The notes beneath the pieces are model-generated. The model was given only the letters and a program-made list of their open reading frames with translations. It had not been told where the DNA came from and made no database searches. Below, in pieces: positions 10,469 through 20,416 of a stretch of DNA of 64,000 nt. The position numbers were made by a program, and so were the translations under genes. Source of the stretch: a virus. The DNA is taken from positions 1 through 64,000 of IMG/VR virus record IMGVR_UViG_3300021180_000006. One strand, given 5' to 3'. Each line of letters opens with the position of its first letter. The stretch's first letter is position 1.

Positions 10469-10873
10469 TCATTTCTCGCGCTTGACCCTTAGCGGGTGGT
10501 CCGGCTCGGAACTCTTGCGGCCGGGCCGTCCCTTGGGCATGGGCTTGCGGACCTGAATTTCCCCTTCGATGACCGCCGTGAAAAACTTCGCGCTCGCCTC
10601 CAGGAACGGCGCTTTCATGTCCGGGGGAATCATCCCGATCATCGTCTGACGGACGGAGCCGGGGGCGGCCTCCAAGAAGAAGAGAAGCCGCTGGATCAAA
10701 TCCGTTTTGCTGATCCGATAGTCGCGCAGCACATCTTCGGCGATCTTGTCGGCCTCGTCGGTCAACGGGGTCATGTTCCGCCGCGGCTTTGCCTGTTTTG
10801 TATTCACGGCGCGGAAGTTAGCACAAATCAGCATGATGTAAAATAAGTTTTTTTGCGCAAGTCGATGCGTCAC
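10469..10873 (-). CDS. putative repressor/regulator, divergent from the RHH genes
   Basis: Divergent from AT-rich 10850-10940; ISKTDLIQRLL helix pattern; start uncertain. Confidence 0.5.
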   Translation of the reverse strand: MTHRLAQKNLFYIMLICANFRAVNTKQAKPRRNMTPLTDEADKIAEDVLRDYRISKTDLIQRLLFFLEAAPGSVRQTMIGMIPPDMKAPFLEASAKFFTAVIEGEIQVRKPMPKGRPGRKSSEPDHPLRVKREK

Positions 10874-10916
10874 ACGCCATTGCGTTTACATAAATGCTAA
10901 TAGTGTAAAATAACAG

Positions 10917-11141
10917 TTGAATACTGTAAAACGCTTCGGTACATCTATGGCCATGAAGATGGCCCGGACGTTCAGGCGAAACGCTTTTCTGGGAATCAGG
11001 ATGCCCGAGGACGACAAAAAGCGGTTGTTCGAGGTGTCACGCCGCAAGCGCCGTGATGCTTCGAGTCACGCCCTCGAATTCATCATGGATGGCGTTTCAC
11101 GTCTGGAGCGCGAATTCCGGTCCCAGCCGGCCGAGGAATAG
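10917..11141 (+). CDS. RHH/Arc-like regulator
   Basis: FLGIRMPEDDKKRLFEVSRRKRRDASSHALEFI. Confidence 0.6.
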   Translation: MNTVKRFGTSMAMKMARTFRRNAFLGIRMPEDDKKRLFEVSRRKRRDASSHALEFIMDGVSRLEREFRSQPAEE

Positions 11142-11157
11142 GCACAGGAGAACGCAT

Positions 11158-11346
11158 ATGGCCAAAAAGCCAGTGGCAAAGAGCGACGAACTGGTTCCCG
11201 TCACCGCGTACCTCGAAAAGTCGATCTTGGCAGAACTCGACCAGGCCGCGAGAGAAACGCGCCGATCGCGCACGCAGATGATCGCCCGACTGATCGACGA
11301 GGGATTGAAATCGCGTGAAGGTAAAGAGCTTGTGAGGACCGGATGA
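11158..11346 (+). CDS. CopG-like RHH protein
   Basis: VTAYLEKSILAELDQAARETRRSRTQMIARLIDEGL; AGGAG RBS. Confidence 0.75.
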   Translation: MAKKPVAKSDELVPVTAYLEKSILAELDQAARETRRSRTQMIARLIDEGLKSREGKELVRTG

Positions 11347-11740
11347 ATCACAATGGAAACGCCCTAAATAAAACGGCCCGTCGTCCTTGGAGCGGACGGC
11401 GGGCCAGATCACGAACGACATGAAAAGCGTAGACACGTCTATTGCGAATTTCAACGGCCTGAGCCGTCAGGAAAACCGGAAGTCTACCCGGCCCACGTGC
11501 CTTCCAAACCCGGTATTTGATCGGGCCTTTACGGTATCGCGTGAACCACGGCGAACCCGGCGCAGCGTCTGCGCCATCGCCATTCCCGCTCACCCCTCAG
11601 TCCAGAAAGGAGGCGGTGCGGATTCTTTCCCGGCGGCTGACGTGAGCTGCTGACTCTTGCGACAGGCGCCACAATAGAAGCACGCCCCGCCGGGCGGTCG
11701 AAAGATCGCAGCGGCGGGTTTGCGGGGGCTGAGGTGAACC

Positions 11741-12049
11741 ATGGCTGACAGGGACAAGGCTGACGGCGACAGGCCAACCGATCGCAAGCGTCTGCCGATC
11801 CGGGAAGCGGCGCGGCTCGTCGGCCGCGATTATCGCTACCTGCGCAAGCTGGCGCTGGAGCTACAGGTCCGGTCCTACCGCCGCGGCGGAACCGCCCGGC
11901 GTCCGTGGCTGGAATTCTACCTGGACGAATTGCGGGCCGATCTGGACAAGGCCGAGCAGTTCAAGCGCGTCGCCGCTTCCGTCCCCCCCCGGAAGCCGCG
12001 GGTTTCTTCGGTTTCTTCGGCTTTGCATCCCGCCGCGGCGGCGATGTGA
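11741..12049 (+). CDS. excisionase-like HTH protein
   Basis: LPIREAARLVGRDYRYL; convergent with the integrase; GAGG RBS. Confidence 0.55.
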   Translation: MADRDKADGDRPTDRKRLPIREAARLVGRDYRYLRKLALELQVRSYRRGGTARRPWLEFYLDELRADLDKAEQFKRVAASVPPRKPRVSSVSSALHPAAAAM

Positions 12050-13385
12050 AGGCCGCCGTCCAGACGGCATCGACCAATTCGCGGAGCCGGTCGAGCCCGA
12101 GGTGTTCGAGATAGTTTTCGACGAGAACGGAATCGTTTTGGTGCCCCATGACAATCTCAACTTCCTCCCGATAACCCGGCGGGGCCAGGTTGGGAAAGGT
12201 CGTGCGCAGCGAGCGGAACCCGCGGCCATCGGCATCGCCGCTGAATTTGATCCGCCGCCGTCTCGATCCCTGCCTCATCGTGTTTTCGATGACGATCGGC
12301 TTCTGTCGCAACCCGGCCCGCTCGCTCAAGCGCCGCCAGCGCTGCGAGAGGGCGTCGATGGCATTGGACAAACCCGGCCGCGCCAAACTTGCCTTGAGCC
12401 GGATCAGCGGCAGCCCGTTGCTGGTCAGAAAAAACAACTCGCCGTTGCTGTTGGTGCCGTCGCCGTTGTCTGCCGCTTGATTGGCATCCGCTCCATTGGC
12501 CCTTTGCGGCCGTTGGTATTTCTTGAGCAGCTTGAGCAGCTCGGGGCGCATGGGGATGACCCGGCGCACCTTCCCCTCTTTGCGGCGCCGGTAGTCGATG
12601 ACGCCGCGCTCCCAGTCGATCAGGTGCGACGAGAAGTTGGCGATGTCGCTGTTGTCCATGGCCCCGTTGATCCCCAGGGCGATCCACAGGCGCTCGGTAT
12701 CGTCCGCGTTTTTCCACAGGGCCTGGATCTCCGCCGGGGTGTAGCTCTTGATGATGCTCAGCCGGCGGTCGCGATGACGCTGCTGGCTGGGGCGCTTGAA
12801 GAACGTCCCGAACTTGGGCACGGTTTCCAGAAGATCGTCCTCGACGCACCAGCGGAAAAAGGCGCGGAGATAGGCGACGTGCCGGGCCAGAACGCAGGGG
12901 GCGCAGCCGATCAGCGTCTTGGCATATTGCGTGAAGTCGCCGGCGCCCATTTCCGCGATAGGTCGGTCGGCGCCGACGCACTTGCCGAAGCGGCTCAGGG
13001 TGCGGATGTAGTCGGCCCGCGTCACCGGGGCCAGCGACCGCGGCGTGCCGTGCTTGACGCGATGATCGAGGTAGTCAAAGAACCGGGCGGCGGCCTGGCG
13101 AAGCGTCGCCGTTCCCAGCGTGGCGATGGCGTCGGCCGAGCGCTCGAGGTTGGCGTCGATCTCTTTGCGGAGCGATTCCCACACGCCTTCGACCTCGTCC
13201 GGCGCCGTCTTGCGTCCACAGACGAAGCGCGTGCGGTCGAGATACCAGCGAACGTAACCGTCCCGCGTGAGAGAGAAGGTCGCGAGCAAACGCTGGCGAA
13301 GCCCGGCGTGCATCGGGGCCGCGTCAAACCAGTCGGGGACGTGCTTGTGGGGAACGGGCTGGTCGGGCCTGGGCATGCCGCCCAT
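11961..13385 (-). CDS. int: tyrosine integrase
   Basis: Core-binding domain (TRADYIRTL...RHVAYLRAFFRW), GFRSLRTTF, VMGH, catalytic ENY; adjacent att site. Confidence 0.88.
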   Translation of the reverse strand: MGGMPRPDQPVPHKHVPDWFDAAPMHAGLRQRLLATFSLTRDGYVRWYLDRTRFVCGRKTAPDEVEGVWESLRKEIDANLERSADAIATLGTATLRQAAARFFDYLDHRVKHGTPRSLAPVTRADYIRTLSRFGKCVGADRPIAEMGAGDFTQYAKTLIGCAPCVLARHVAYLRAFFRWCVEDDLLETVPKFGTFFKRPSQQRHRDRRLSIIKSYTPAEIQALWKNADDTERLWIALGINGAMDNSDIANFSSHLIDWERGVIDYRRRKEGKVRRVIPMRPELLKLLKKYQRPQRANGADANQAADNGDGTNSNGELFFLTSNGLPLIRLKASLARPGLSNAIDALSQRWRRLSERAGLRQKPIVIENTMRQGSRRRRIKFSGDADGRGFRSLRTTFPNLAPPGYREEVEIVMGHQNDSVLVENYLEHLGLDRLRELVDAVWTAAFTSPPRRDAKPKKPKKPAASGGGRKRRRA

Positions 13386-13650
13386 TATGGTTTTGCCTTA
13401 TGGTTACGGCAAGTTCTGCGGGATTCCCCTTGTTTTTCCGCTTCAATCGCACGGATGACCGGGGGGCTGAAAATCCATGTGTCGGCGGTTCAATTCCGCC
13501 CCTACCCAGTCCCCTGCGGACCGCACCATAACCGTGAATTTACCGCCTATTTCTTCACTTCGTCGCCATCGGGCGAGATGCGCAGAACTGCGCCAAAAAG
13601 TCCAAACCCTGCGCTAACAAAGGGCGGCTCACATTATGGTTTCCTTATGG
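13383..13650. repeat. integrase arm-type repeats: CATTATGGTTT(TG)CCTTATGG at 13383-13405 and 13632-13650
   Basis: Paired TTATGG direct repeats on both sides of the att core. Confidence 0.7.
13467..13508 (+). other. attP core = 3' half of tRNA-Phe(GAA)
   Basis: CTGAAAA anticodon loop, T-arm GGCGG-TTCAATT-CCGCC and acceptor 3' strand CCTACCCA; no 5' half present. Confidence 0.85.
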
Positions 13651-13946
13651 GAAACCGTCCCCAAGCTGCTCATGCATTCCGGAAAGTAGGTGCTCGTCAG
13701 CGCCGGGAAATGCCCTCCCGGCGACGTTCTCCTGTCGGTGTGTCTGCCGATGGGAGCCTCACCATGGCGGAGATTCCCACCTCCGCCCGCAACGCTTCCG
13801 CTGGTCCGCGCCCTGATCCCTCCGACCTTCCCCTACCTGAATCGACGGGCAACTCGTGTCCCCCGAGACCCGTCATCCTACCCTGGTCGGAATTCAACGC
13901 CGGGCTGGCGGAAGCGCGTATTTTTACCCGCAAAGGAAGTCAAGTC

Positions 13947-14456
13947 ATGAAAGACCCACAGAATCTCCAGCGCATCACTCTCCAGCGTATCACCGTGGCC
14001 TACAACCGATCGGCCAATGGCCCTGGTCCCTTCGATGTTTCGGAAGTCAACTCGCGGCCGGGCATCGGTTATTTCGGACAGGTCGATCATCCCGAGCGCG
14101 CCGATCGCTTCAATTGGTTCTGCCATCACTTCACCGCGCCGATCATGCTCGTCGACGTCGTCTTTGAGACCTTCCCCGGCTTTCGTTACGGCTGTCTGGA
14201 AACCGGCGTTCTCGGCTTCGCCACCGGCGCCATGATCGACCCGCCTGATTTCGGCGGACAGCCGGCCATCGCCATCAAGTTCGACGGAGAACATTTCGTC
14301 CGAAGGGACGACGGTCACGTCCTCACCCGCTGCCGGCGCTTGCTGCTGACTCCCAAAGGCGCTTATGCCGATCTGGCGGAGCCTGCGCCACAGACCGAAC
14401 GCCATGTCGAACATCGCATCGAACGGGTCCATGCCGAGCTGGCGTCGGGGCGGTAA
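13947..14456 (+). CDS. hypothetical protein
   Basis: AAGGA RBS then ATG 13947; first gene of the + operon. Confidence 0.6.
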   Translation: MKDPQNLQRITLQRITVAYNRSANGPGPFDVSEVNSRPGIGYFGQVDHPERADRFNWFCHHFTAPIMLVDVVFETFPGFRYGCLETGVLGFATGAMIDPPDFGGQPAIAIKFDGEHFVRRDDGHVLTRCRRLLLTPKGAYADLAEPAPQTERHVEHRIERVHAELASGR

Positions 14457-14477
14457 ACGATTCCGAAGGGAAGTCGG

Positions 14478-14738
14478 ATGGTCTCGCTCAGCCCCCTGGA
14501 ATTGAGCCGCCTGGAGATGGCCGTCACCCTGGCCGAGCGCGATCGCAAGCCGATGGTGGAAGTCCATACCGACACCGCCCGCGCCCTGCTCCAGTACCTC
14601 AACCGATTGGAGGACTTGGCCATCGAGCCCGGTCACGGCAGCGACTATCGGCGGCGGCAGATGCGGCACAACGCGGGGGGTTTGCTCGACGAGGTGCACG
14701 AGCACGTGAGCAACGAACGACTGTGGAGTCTGCAATGA
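14478..14738 (+). CDS. hypothetical protein
   Basis: 86 aa ORF in operon. Confidence 0.55.
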   Translation: MVSLSPLELSRLEMAVTLAERDRKPMVEVHTDTARALLQYLNRLEDLAIEPGHGSDYRRRQMRHNAGGLLDEVHEHVSNERLWSLQ

Positions 14739-15484
14739 CCTGTGCGGCATTGGCATGGTCAACCAACGAGGGCGTCTTTGGCGGCGTGTCCGCGGGCCAG
14801 AAGCGCAAGCTGTCCCGTCGAAAAATCCGCTTCATCGACTTGATCCGTCCCGAGGCGATCGGCGAGAGCTTCTGCTACGTCGATGTTCAACTGGCGTTCG
14901 CGGTGGTGCAATGGATGCTGCGAACCGGTGAATCCTATCGCCGCGACGGCGAATGGGGCCGAATGGGCGTGACCGAATTGCTCTGCCGCCAGCCGACCTG
15001 TTGCGGGTTCTCCGAGCTTCATCCTTTCACCGATCGATGGCGGCTGGAGTTGTTCGACGTGTTTCACTACGCGCTGCTCTCCGCGTTTGCCCCGCCGGCT
15101 GCGCTACAGTGGCGCAGGGAACAGAGCGTGACGCTGGCGGGAGAGCGGATCATCACGTTCCCGCATTATGACCTCTACGGCGGGTACGGAAACTTCATGA
15201 GCAACGCGGAGGCGGGGGAGTTGATCGATTCGATATTCGCGCTGGCGGGGCGGCAGTTCAATTTCTCGCCGAACGAATGTCATCCCAAAGCGACGTGGAT
15301 ACACGAAGTCTGGCTGCACGTCCGGCCCGAGAATTACCAGATCAAGCTGAGTTACGCCTACAAACGCGATTGCTCGCGCTGGTATCGATCGCTTCCATCG
15401 GACCCGGACGAGCCGCTGATCGATTTCATTCAACGGGCAAAGGCGACATTCGAGGGCGAGCTTCTGGAGGTAACAACCAAATGA
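14735..15484 (+). CDS. hypothetical protein
   Basis: ATGA-coupled ORF. Confidence 0.55.
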   Translation: MTCAALAWSTNEGVFGGVSAGQKRKLSRRKIRFIDLIRPEAIGESFCYVDVQLAFAVVQWMLRTGESYRRDGEWGRMGVTELLCRQPTCCGFSELHPFTDRWRLELFDVFHYALLSAFAPPAALQWRREQSVTLAGERIITFPHYDLYGGYGNFMSNAEAGELIDSIFALAGRQFNFSPNECHPKATWIHEVWLHVRPENYQIKLSYAYKRDCSRWYRSLPSDPDEPLIDFIQRAKATFEGELLEVTTK

Positions 15485-15825
15485 AACCCGATACCACCGT
15501 CTACCGCGGCCGGCGCTCCAAAGGCTATGCCGCCGTGACTGTCGATGATCTCCCCCTGTCCGATGATCCCAGCCTGAAACTGGCCAACCATTCGCCCACC
15601 GGATTCGAGTGGTCCTATTACGGATCGGGACCGGCGCAACTGGCGCTGGCAATCCTCCTGGACTTCACCGGCGATCCCGATCTGGCTTTGGACTGCTACC
15701 AGCTATTCAAGGCCGCGTTCGTCGGCGGCTGGCCGCAGGCCGGCTGGGAAATCGACGGAGCGATGATCCGCGGCTGGCTGGAACAAAACGCGGCGCTGGC
15801 CGAGGTGAAAGAGGAAACGACTTGA
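15481..15825 (+). CDS. DUF6166-like protein
   Basis: NHSPTGFEWSYYGSGPAQLALAIL. Confidence 0.75.
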   Translation: MKPDTTVYRGRRSKGYAAVTVDDLPLSDDPSLKLANHSPTGFEWSYYGSGPAQLALAILLDFTGDPDLALDCYQLFKAAFVGGWPQAGWEIDGAMIRGWLEQNAALAEVKEETT

Positions 15826-16060
15826 GCGCTGCCCTGGATATGTTCGTCGTCTACGACCATCCGACCGATCACCCGGATCAGATCATCGTGCGCCGCTGGG
15901 AAATCCTGCCGGGAATCGCCCGCGCCACCGCGGAGTTCACCGCACACGATTCGCTGGAGGAGGCGCGTCATGGGCTGATGCAGCGCGGCCTGACCTGGCT
16001 GCCCCGGCACCCGACCGACGAGCCGCAGATTTTGGAGTCGTGGATTTGAATGGAGCGAAT

Positions 16061-16348
16061 ATGGTCACGACCTCTTTGAAGCAGCTTACCGACGCCGATC
16101 TGGTCACCAGCCTCGCCAGCGAGGTCTGTCCCGCCTGCGGCTCTCCGAAGTTCAGCCGCAAGACCTTCTGCCTATCGGATTACCGCCGCCTGCCCAAGGC
16201 GATGCGGAATGCGGTCTATCAGAAGCTGGGCCACGGGTATTTCGAGGCGGTGATGGAAGCGATGCAGTATCTGGGCCGGGAGGAGTTCGTCCTGCCCGAT
16301 CCGCGGCGGCCGATGCAACCGCAGGACAAGGAAGTCCATCATGCCTGA
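16061..16348 (+). CDS. hypothetical Zn-binding protein
   Basis: CPACG...FCLSDYRRLP. Confidence 0.5.
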   Translation: MVTTSLKQLTDADLVTSLASEVCPACGSPKFSRKTFCLSDYRRLPKAMRNAVYQKLGHGYFEAVMEAMQYLGREEFVLPDPRRPMQPQDKEVHHA

Positions 16349-16595
16349 TTACAAGGAATATTTGAGCAGCGAAGACTGGGCGGAACTCCGGGCAGAAGCT
16401 ATCGAACGCGCTGGAGGTGAATGCGAGCGATGCGGCTCAACGGAGAATCTTCAAGTTCACCACCGGACCTATCGGCGCTTGGGCCAGGAACGTCTCAGCG
16501 ACCTCGAATGTGTATGCGACGAGTGCCATCGCGAAATTCACGGGGTCGATGACTGCGAAACTGATGACGACGAAACTGATGACGATGACGAATAA
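16341..16595 (+). CDS. HNH endonuclease
   Basis: YLSSEDW...CERCG...LQVHHRTY...LECVCDECHREIH. Confidence 0.85.
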   Translation: MPDYKEYLSSEDWAELRAEAIERAGGECERCGSTENLQVHHRTYRRLGQERLSDLECVCDECHREIHGVDDCETDDDETDDDDE

Positions 16596-16861
16596 GGGAA
16601 ATCCATCATGCCCACTGAATCCGAAATCGACGCCGCCGTCCTCACCCTGGCCCGCGCTGCGCAGGGGCGTCTGTACGTCTTCCGCGACGGCACCTTCAGC
16701 GCCGAAGGCAAAGGCCCCAGCCGCTATTGCGTCATCGTGGGCATCGACGACTGCGCCCAGGCCATGATCGAGGCGTCCGACAGGGCCTCCAACGGTCACA
16801 GGGCCTCCAACGCTCACTCGGGCCGGAATGGCAACGGAGCGGTCGTCACTGCGGAGGGAAC

Positions 16862-17515
16862 ATGATCGCGACCGACACGAAAGCGCCGCCGAAGTCGCGT
16901 GGGGTCATCTTCAGCGCGCCAATGGTGAGGGCGATCCTCGATGGGAAGAAAACGCAGACGCGGCGGCTGGTGAAGCCGCAGCCCCCACCAAAAGACGCCA
17001 CCGTTGCCGCGACGGGAAGCACCTACGGATGGATGTCATGCAAGGATTCGGGAGACAGCGGCCTCTTTCGTCCCGTCGGCCCCGTCTGGAAGGTGCGAGA
17101 ACTGATGGGTAGCGATTCTGATCCGCGCCTGCGCTGTCCCTACGGCAAGATCGGCGACCGCCTGTGGGTCCGCGAGACGTTCTACCTCGACCACCTTGAC
17201 GCGATCGACGCGATTCCAAAACAAAAGCCCGACGACGCTGACGACTGGATCTACTACCGCGCGGATGGAACGTGCTGCGACCAAATCCCGGAGTGTTCAT
17301 GCGCGGAGGTAGGCAAACCGAAATGGCGCTCTCCGATCCACATGCCCCGCTGGGCCAGCCGCATCACCCTCCGCATCACGAAAATTCGCGTCCAGAGGGT
17401 GACGGACATCAGTGAGCAGGATGCAAGGGCGGAAGGCGTTAATCCCGTTCACGAGGATGGCGCCTGGGTCTGGGCCATCTCATTCCAGCGCGTCCAGAAG
17501 GAAGATGCCTCATGA
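16862..17515 (+). CDS. phage ASCH/PUA-like protein
   Basis: IFSAPMVRAILDGKKTQTRR...GDRLWVRET...WRSPIHMPRWASRITL. Confidence 0.8.
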   Translation: MIATDTKAPPKSRGVIFSAPMVRAILDGKKTQTRRLVKPQPPPKDATVAATGSTYGWMSCKDSGDSGLFRPVGPVWKVRELMGSDSDPRLRCPYGKIGDRLWVRETFYLDHLDAIDAIPKQKPDDADDWIYYRADGTCCDQIPECSCAEVGKPKWRSPIHMPRWASRITLRITKIRVQRVTDISEQDARAEGVNPVHEDGAWVWAISFQRVQKEDAS

Positions 17516-17775
17516 TCCACAAGCCCGACGATCAAACCTTCTGCTACATCGGGCGCCGGTCCTGCGGCTGCATCTGTTGCGTCACGATCGACGACACCGA
17601 GCACCGGAAGGAAACTGCCAAGGACATCGCCGAATGGATTCGCTCCGGGCTGTCGATCGAGAGAATGACGGTCGCCCAGGCCAAGGCCGATCCGCACTTC
17701 TTCAAACACTGCCCGCTGTGTGAACGCCGTAAGCCCGATGTCCAAGTGCCGCTTTTCGAGGGAGCGAGCAAATGA
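17512..17775 (+). CDS. hypothetical protein
   Basis: Coupled ORF with Cys motifs. Confidence 0.55.
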   Translation: MIHKPDDQTFCYIGRRSCGCICCVTIDDTEHRKETAKDIAEWIRSGLSIERMTVAQAKADPHFFKHCPLCERRKPDVQVPLFEGASK

Positions 17776-18065
17776 TCCACCCCGACTCCCCAGCCCTGCA
17801 CTACCGCTCCCCGCACTACCCGGCTGTCTTCAACGGCATGGTCCCCTCGAAGATCAGGATGAGACAGACGGTGAGGGTCGATCCCGGATTGCTGCTGGCG
17901 CGGCCGGAGTTGAAGGACACGATCGCCTACTGCGGCGAATTGTACGACGTGTGGGTCAACAGCCATGGGGCGGTTGCGGCGGTGTTGCCCGATGGAGGGC
18001 AGCTTGGGGTGAAGCCGGGGGAATTTGAAGTGGTGGAGTTCTATCGAGGGGAGGCGATCGCTTGA
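17772..18065 (+). CDS. hypothetical protein
   Basis: VWVNSHGAVAAV...LGVKPGEFEV; coupled ORF. Confidence 0.6.
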   Translation: MIHPDSPALHYRSPHYPAVFNGMVPSKIRMRQTVRVDPGLLLARPELKDTIAYCGELYDVWVNSHGAVAAVLPDGGQLGVKPGEFEVVEFYRGEAIA

Positions 18066-19705
18066 AAAACCTTGAATCCGCGATTCTGACGACGCGCCAC
18101 GGAGCGCAGCTCAACGCCGGCATGTTCGATGAGATGATCGTCGATAATTTCGCGGGCGCGGGCGGGGCTTCCATGGGCATCGAGGCTGCGGTCGGGCGCG
18201 CCGTCGACGTCGCCATCAATCACGACCAGCACTCGATCGCGATGCACCAGATCAACCATCCGAACACGCTGCACCTGTGCGAGGATGTTTGGAACGTCGA
18301 TCCGGTTCAGGCGACGGCCGGCCGGCAAGTCGGACTCGCCTGGTTCAGCCCCGATTGCCGGCATTTTTCCCGGGCCAAGGGAGGCAAGCCGGTCGAGAAA
18401 AAGATTCGCGGATTGGCGTGGGTCGTCATCCGCTGGGCAAGATTGGTGTCGCCCCGGTTGATCGTTCTGGAGAACGTCCGCGAGTTTCAGGAATGGGGTC
18501 CCTTGCGGTCGGACAATACTCCGTGCCCGAAACGCAAGGGCAGCACGTTCAAGAGTTTCGTCACCCGCCTGCGCAATCTCGGATACGTCGTCGAGCACCG
18601 CATTCTGAACGCCGCGGACTTCGGCGCGCCGACGCACCGCCGCCGGCTGTTCCTGATCGCGCGACGCGACGGGGTTCAAATCCAATGGCCCGAGCCGACG
18701 TACGGCCCCGGTCGTAAACATCGCTACCGAACCGCAGCGAGCTGCATCGACTGGTCGCTTCCCTGCCCGAGTATTTTCCTGACTCGCGCCGAAGCCAGAA
18801 TCCTGCGCATCATCCGGCCCCTGGCCGACAAGACCATGCGGCGCATCGCGATGGGCATCAAGCGCTACGTTCTGGATAATCCCAAGCCGTTCATCGTCAC
18901 TTGCAATCACGGCGGCCCGGAATTTCGCGGCCAGTCAGTCGATGATCCGTTCAAGACGGTGACGGGATCGCGGGATGCGCATGGACTTGTGCTGCCCTTC
19001 CTCGCCGCCAATTACGGCGAAGCGCCTCACCAGGAGACCCGTGGCCAGAAGGTTGACGAGCCGCTGCGAACCGTCACGCCATCGAACAACGCGGGTGTCC
19101 TGATCGCGCCCACCGTCATCCAATACGCTGCGAAACCCCGACCGATTGACGAGCCGGCCGGCGTCGTGATGACGGAGAATCACCAGGCGCTCGCTACGGC
19201 GTTTATCGCCAAGCATTACGGCGGAGTCGTCGGCCATGCCCCGGATCGCCCCATCGGCACTATCACGGCCGTCGATCATCACAGCGTCGTCGCTTCGCAT
19301 TTGACAAAGTTCTACGGGACCAACGTCGGCGCGGATGTGCGCGAGCCAATGCCTACGGTGACGGCGGACGGAAACCACGTTGGCGAGGTCCGTGCGTTCC
19401 TTATCAAATACTTCGGCTGCGGTTGTGGGCAACAATGCGTTGAACCACTTCACACGGTCACGGGGCGCGACCGCTTCGGGCTGGTGACGATCGACGGCCA
19501 GGATTTCCAGATCATCGACATCGGCTTGCGCATGCTCAATCCCCACGAGTTGCTCCGCGCCCAGTTTGGAAAATATGCCGAAGGCTACATCCTTCTCGGC
19601 ACCAAAGCGCAACAGGTCGCGCGAATCGGCAACAGCGTGCCACCTGAACTGGCCGAGGCCGTCGTTCGCGCCAACTACTGCGCCGAAATCGAGGTCGCAG
19701 CATGA
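18062..19705 (+). CDS. C5 DNA cytosine methyltransferase
   Basis: FAGAGG (motif I), SPDC (IV), ENV (VI), RRRLF (VIII), IGNSV (X); long TRD region with repeats. Confidence 0.93.
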   Translation: MKNLESAILTTRHGAQLNAGMFDEMIVDNFAGAGGASMGIEAAVGRAVDVAINHDQHSIAMHQINHPNTLHLCEDVWNVDPVQATAGRQVGLAWFSPDCRHFSRAKGGKPVEKKIRGLAWVVIRWARLVSPRLIVLENVREFQEWGPLRSDNTPCPKRKGSTFKSFVTRLRNLGYVVEHRILNAADFGAPTHRRRLFLIARRDGVQIQWPEPTYGPGRKHRYRTAASCIDWSLPCPSIFLTRAEARILRIIRPLADKTMRRIAMGIKRYVLDNPKPFIVTCNHGGPEFRGQSVDDPFKTVTGSRDAHGLVLPFLAANYGEAPHQETRGQKVDEPLRTVTPSNNAGVLIAPTVIQYAAKPRPIDEPAGVVMTENHQALATAFIAKHYGGVVGHAPDRPIGTITAVDHHSVVASHLTKFYGTNVGADVREPMPTVTADGNHVGEVRAFLIKYFGCGCGQQCVEPLHTVTGRDRFGLVTIDGQDFQIIDIGLRMLNPHELLRAQFGKYAEGYILLGTKAQQVARIGNSVPPELAEAVVRANYCAEIEVAA

Positions 19706-19923
19706 ACGCTAGACCCCACACGGAGGAACCCCATGCACAGTAAACCCATGGAAGAATCACAAGGCACCTTCACCACGACAGAGACGTCCCCCCACGAATG
19801 TCGCCGTTGCGGAAGGGGCCCGGTGAAGTGTCAGACTTGGGAGAGCCAATGTGGAGGCTATGAGGATTACCAATACACATGCCCGGCCTGCGGGTACGTG
19901 TGGTGGGTGGACGGGATCGACTC

Positions 19924-20157
19924 ATGAAAATCACCCTCGAAAGCACCGACAAGATCGTCACCCTCAACGGCGTACCGGCCCGGCTCTGGGAAGGCATCAG
20001 CGAGAGGGGAATCCCGGTCGTCGCCTTCATCACCCGACTGGCCGTCCCCGAGGGCCAGCCCGCCGAAGCCTACGAACAGTTTGAACGGGAATTGCAGGAG
20101 CACAGAGCGCCAAAGCCGGAGCTGGCCGGCGCGTTCGATCCGCGATTGATCCTTTAA
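19924..20157 (+). CDS. hypothetical protein
   Basis: MKITLESTDKIV...PARLWEG. Confidence 0.6.
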   Translation: MKITLESTDKIVTLNGVPARLWEGISERGIPVVAFITRLAVPEGQPAEAYEQFERELQEHRAPKPELAGAFDPRLIL

Positions 20158-20416
20158 CGGAGTTTGATGATGCCGCCGTGAATGAGGCCGAACGCCATTA
20201 TCTGCCGCGCTTCTGCGCCCTGGAGATGCAACTGTATCGCGAACTATTCGGACGCGATGCCGTTCCCGAGCGTCTCAAGCCGGCCCTGACCGAATGGATG
20301 CCCGACTGGCGGGCGGTGGCCAAACAGATGCCCCCGGTCCTGCCGCAGCGGGGAAAAGTGAAGCATCGACGCCGGCCGCAAGCCCCGCCACGGCCCGTGC
20401 GAGCTATAGAGGCAGC

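Noticed and set aside
13440-13512. Complete tRNA-Phe gene
   Set aside because: The D-arm, the 5' acceptor strand and the 5' anticodon stem are missing; this is an att core only
12102-13946. N-terminal part of the 784 aa + strand ORF
   Set aside because: Antisense shadow of the integrase running across attP; only the part from ATG 13947 looks coding
16551-16815. Short tandem duplications (acidic HNH tail; 18-bp RASNGH/RASNAH repeat)
   Set aside because: Two-copy in-frame slippage duplications with no sign of a wider function
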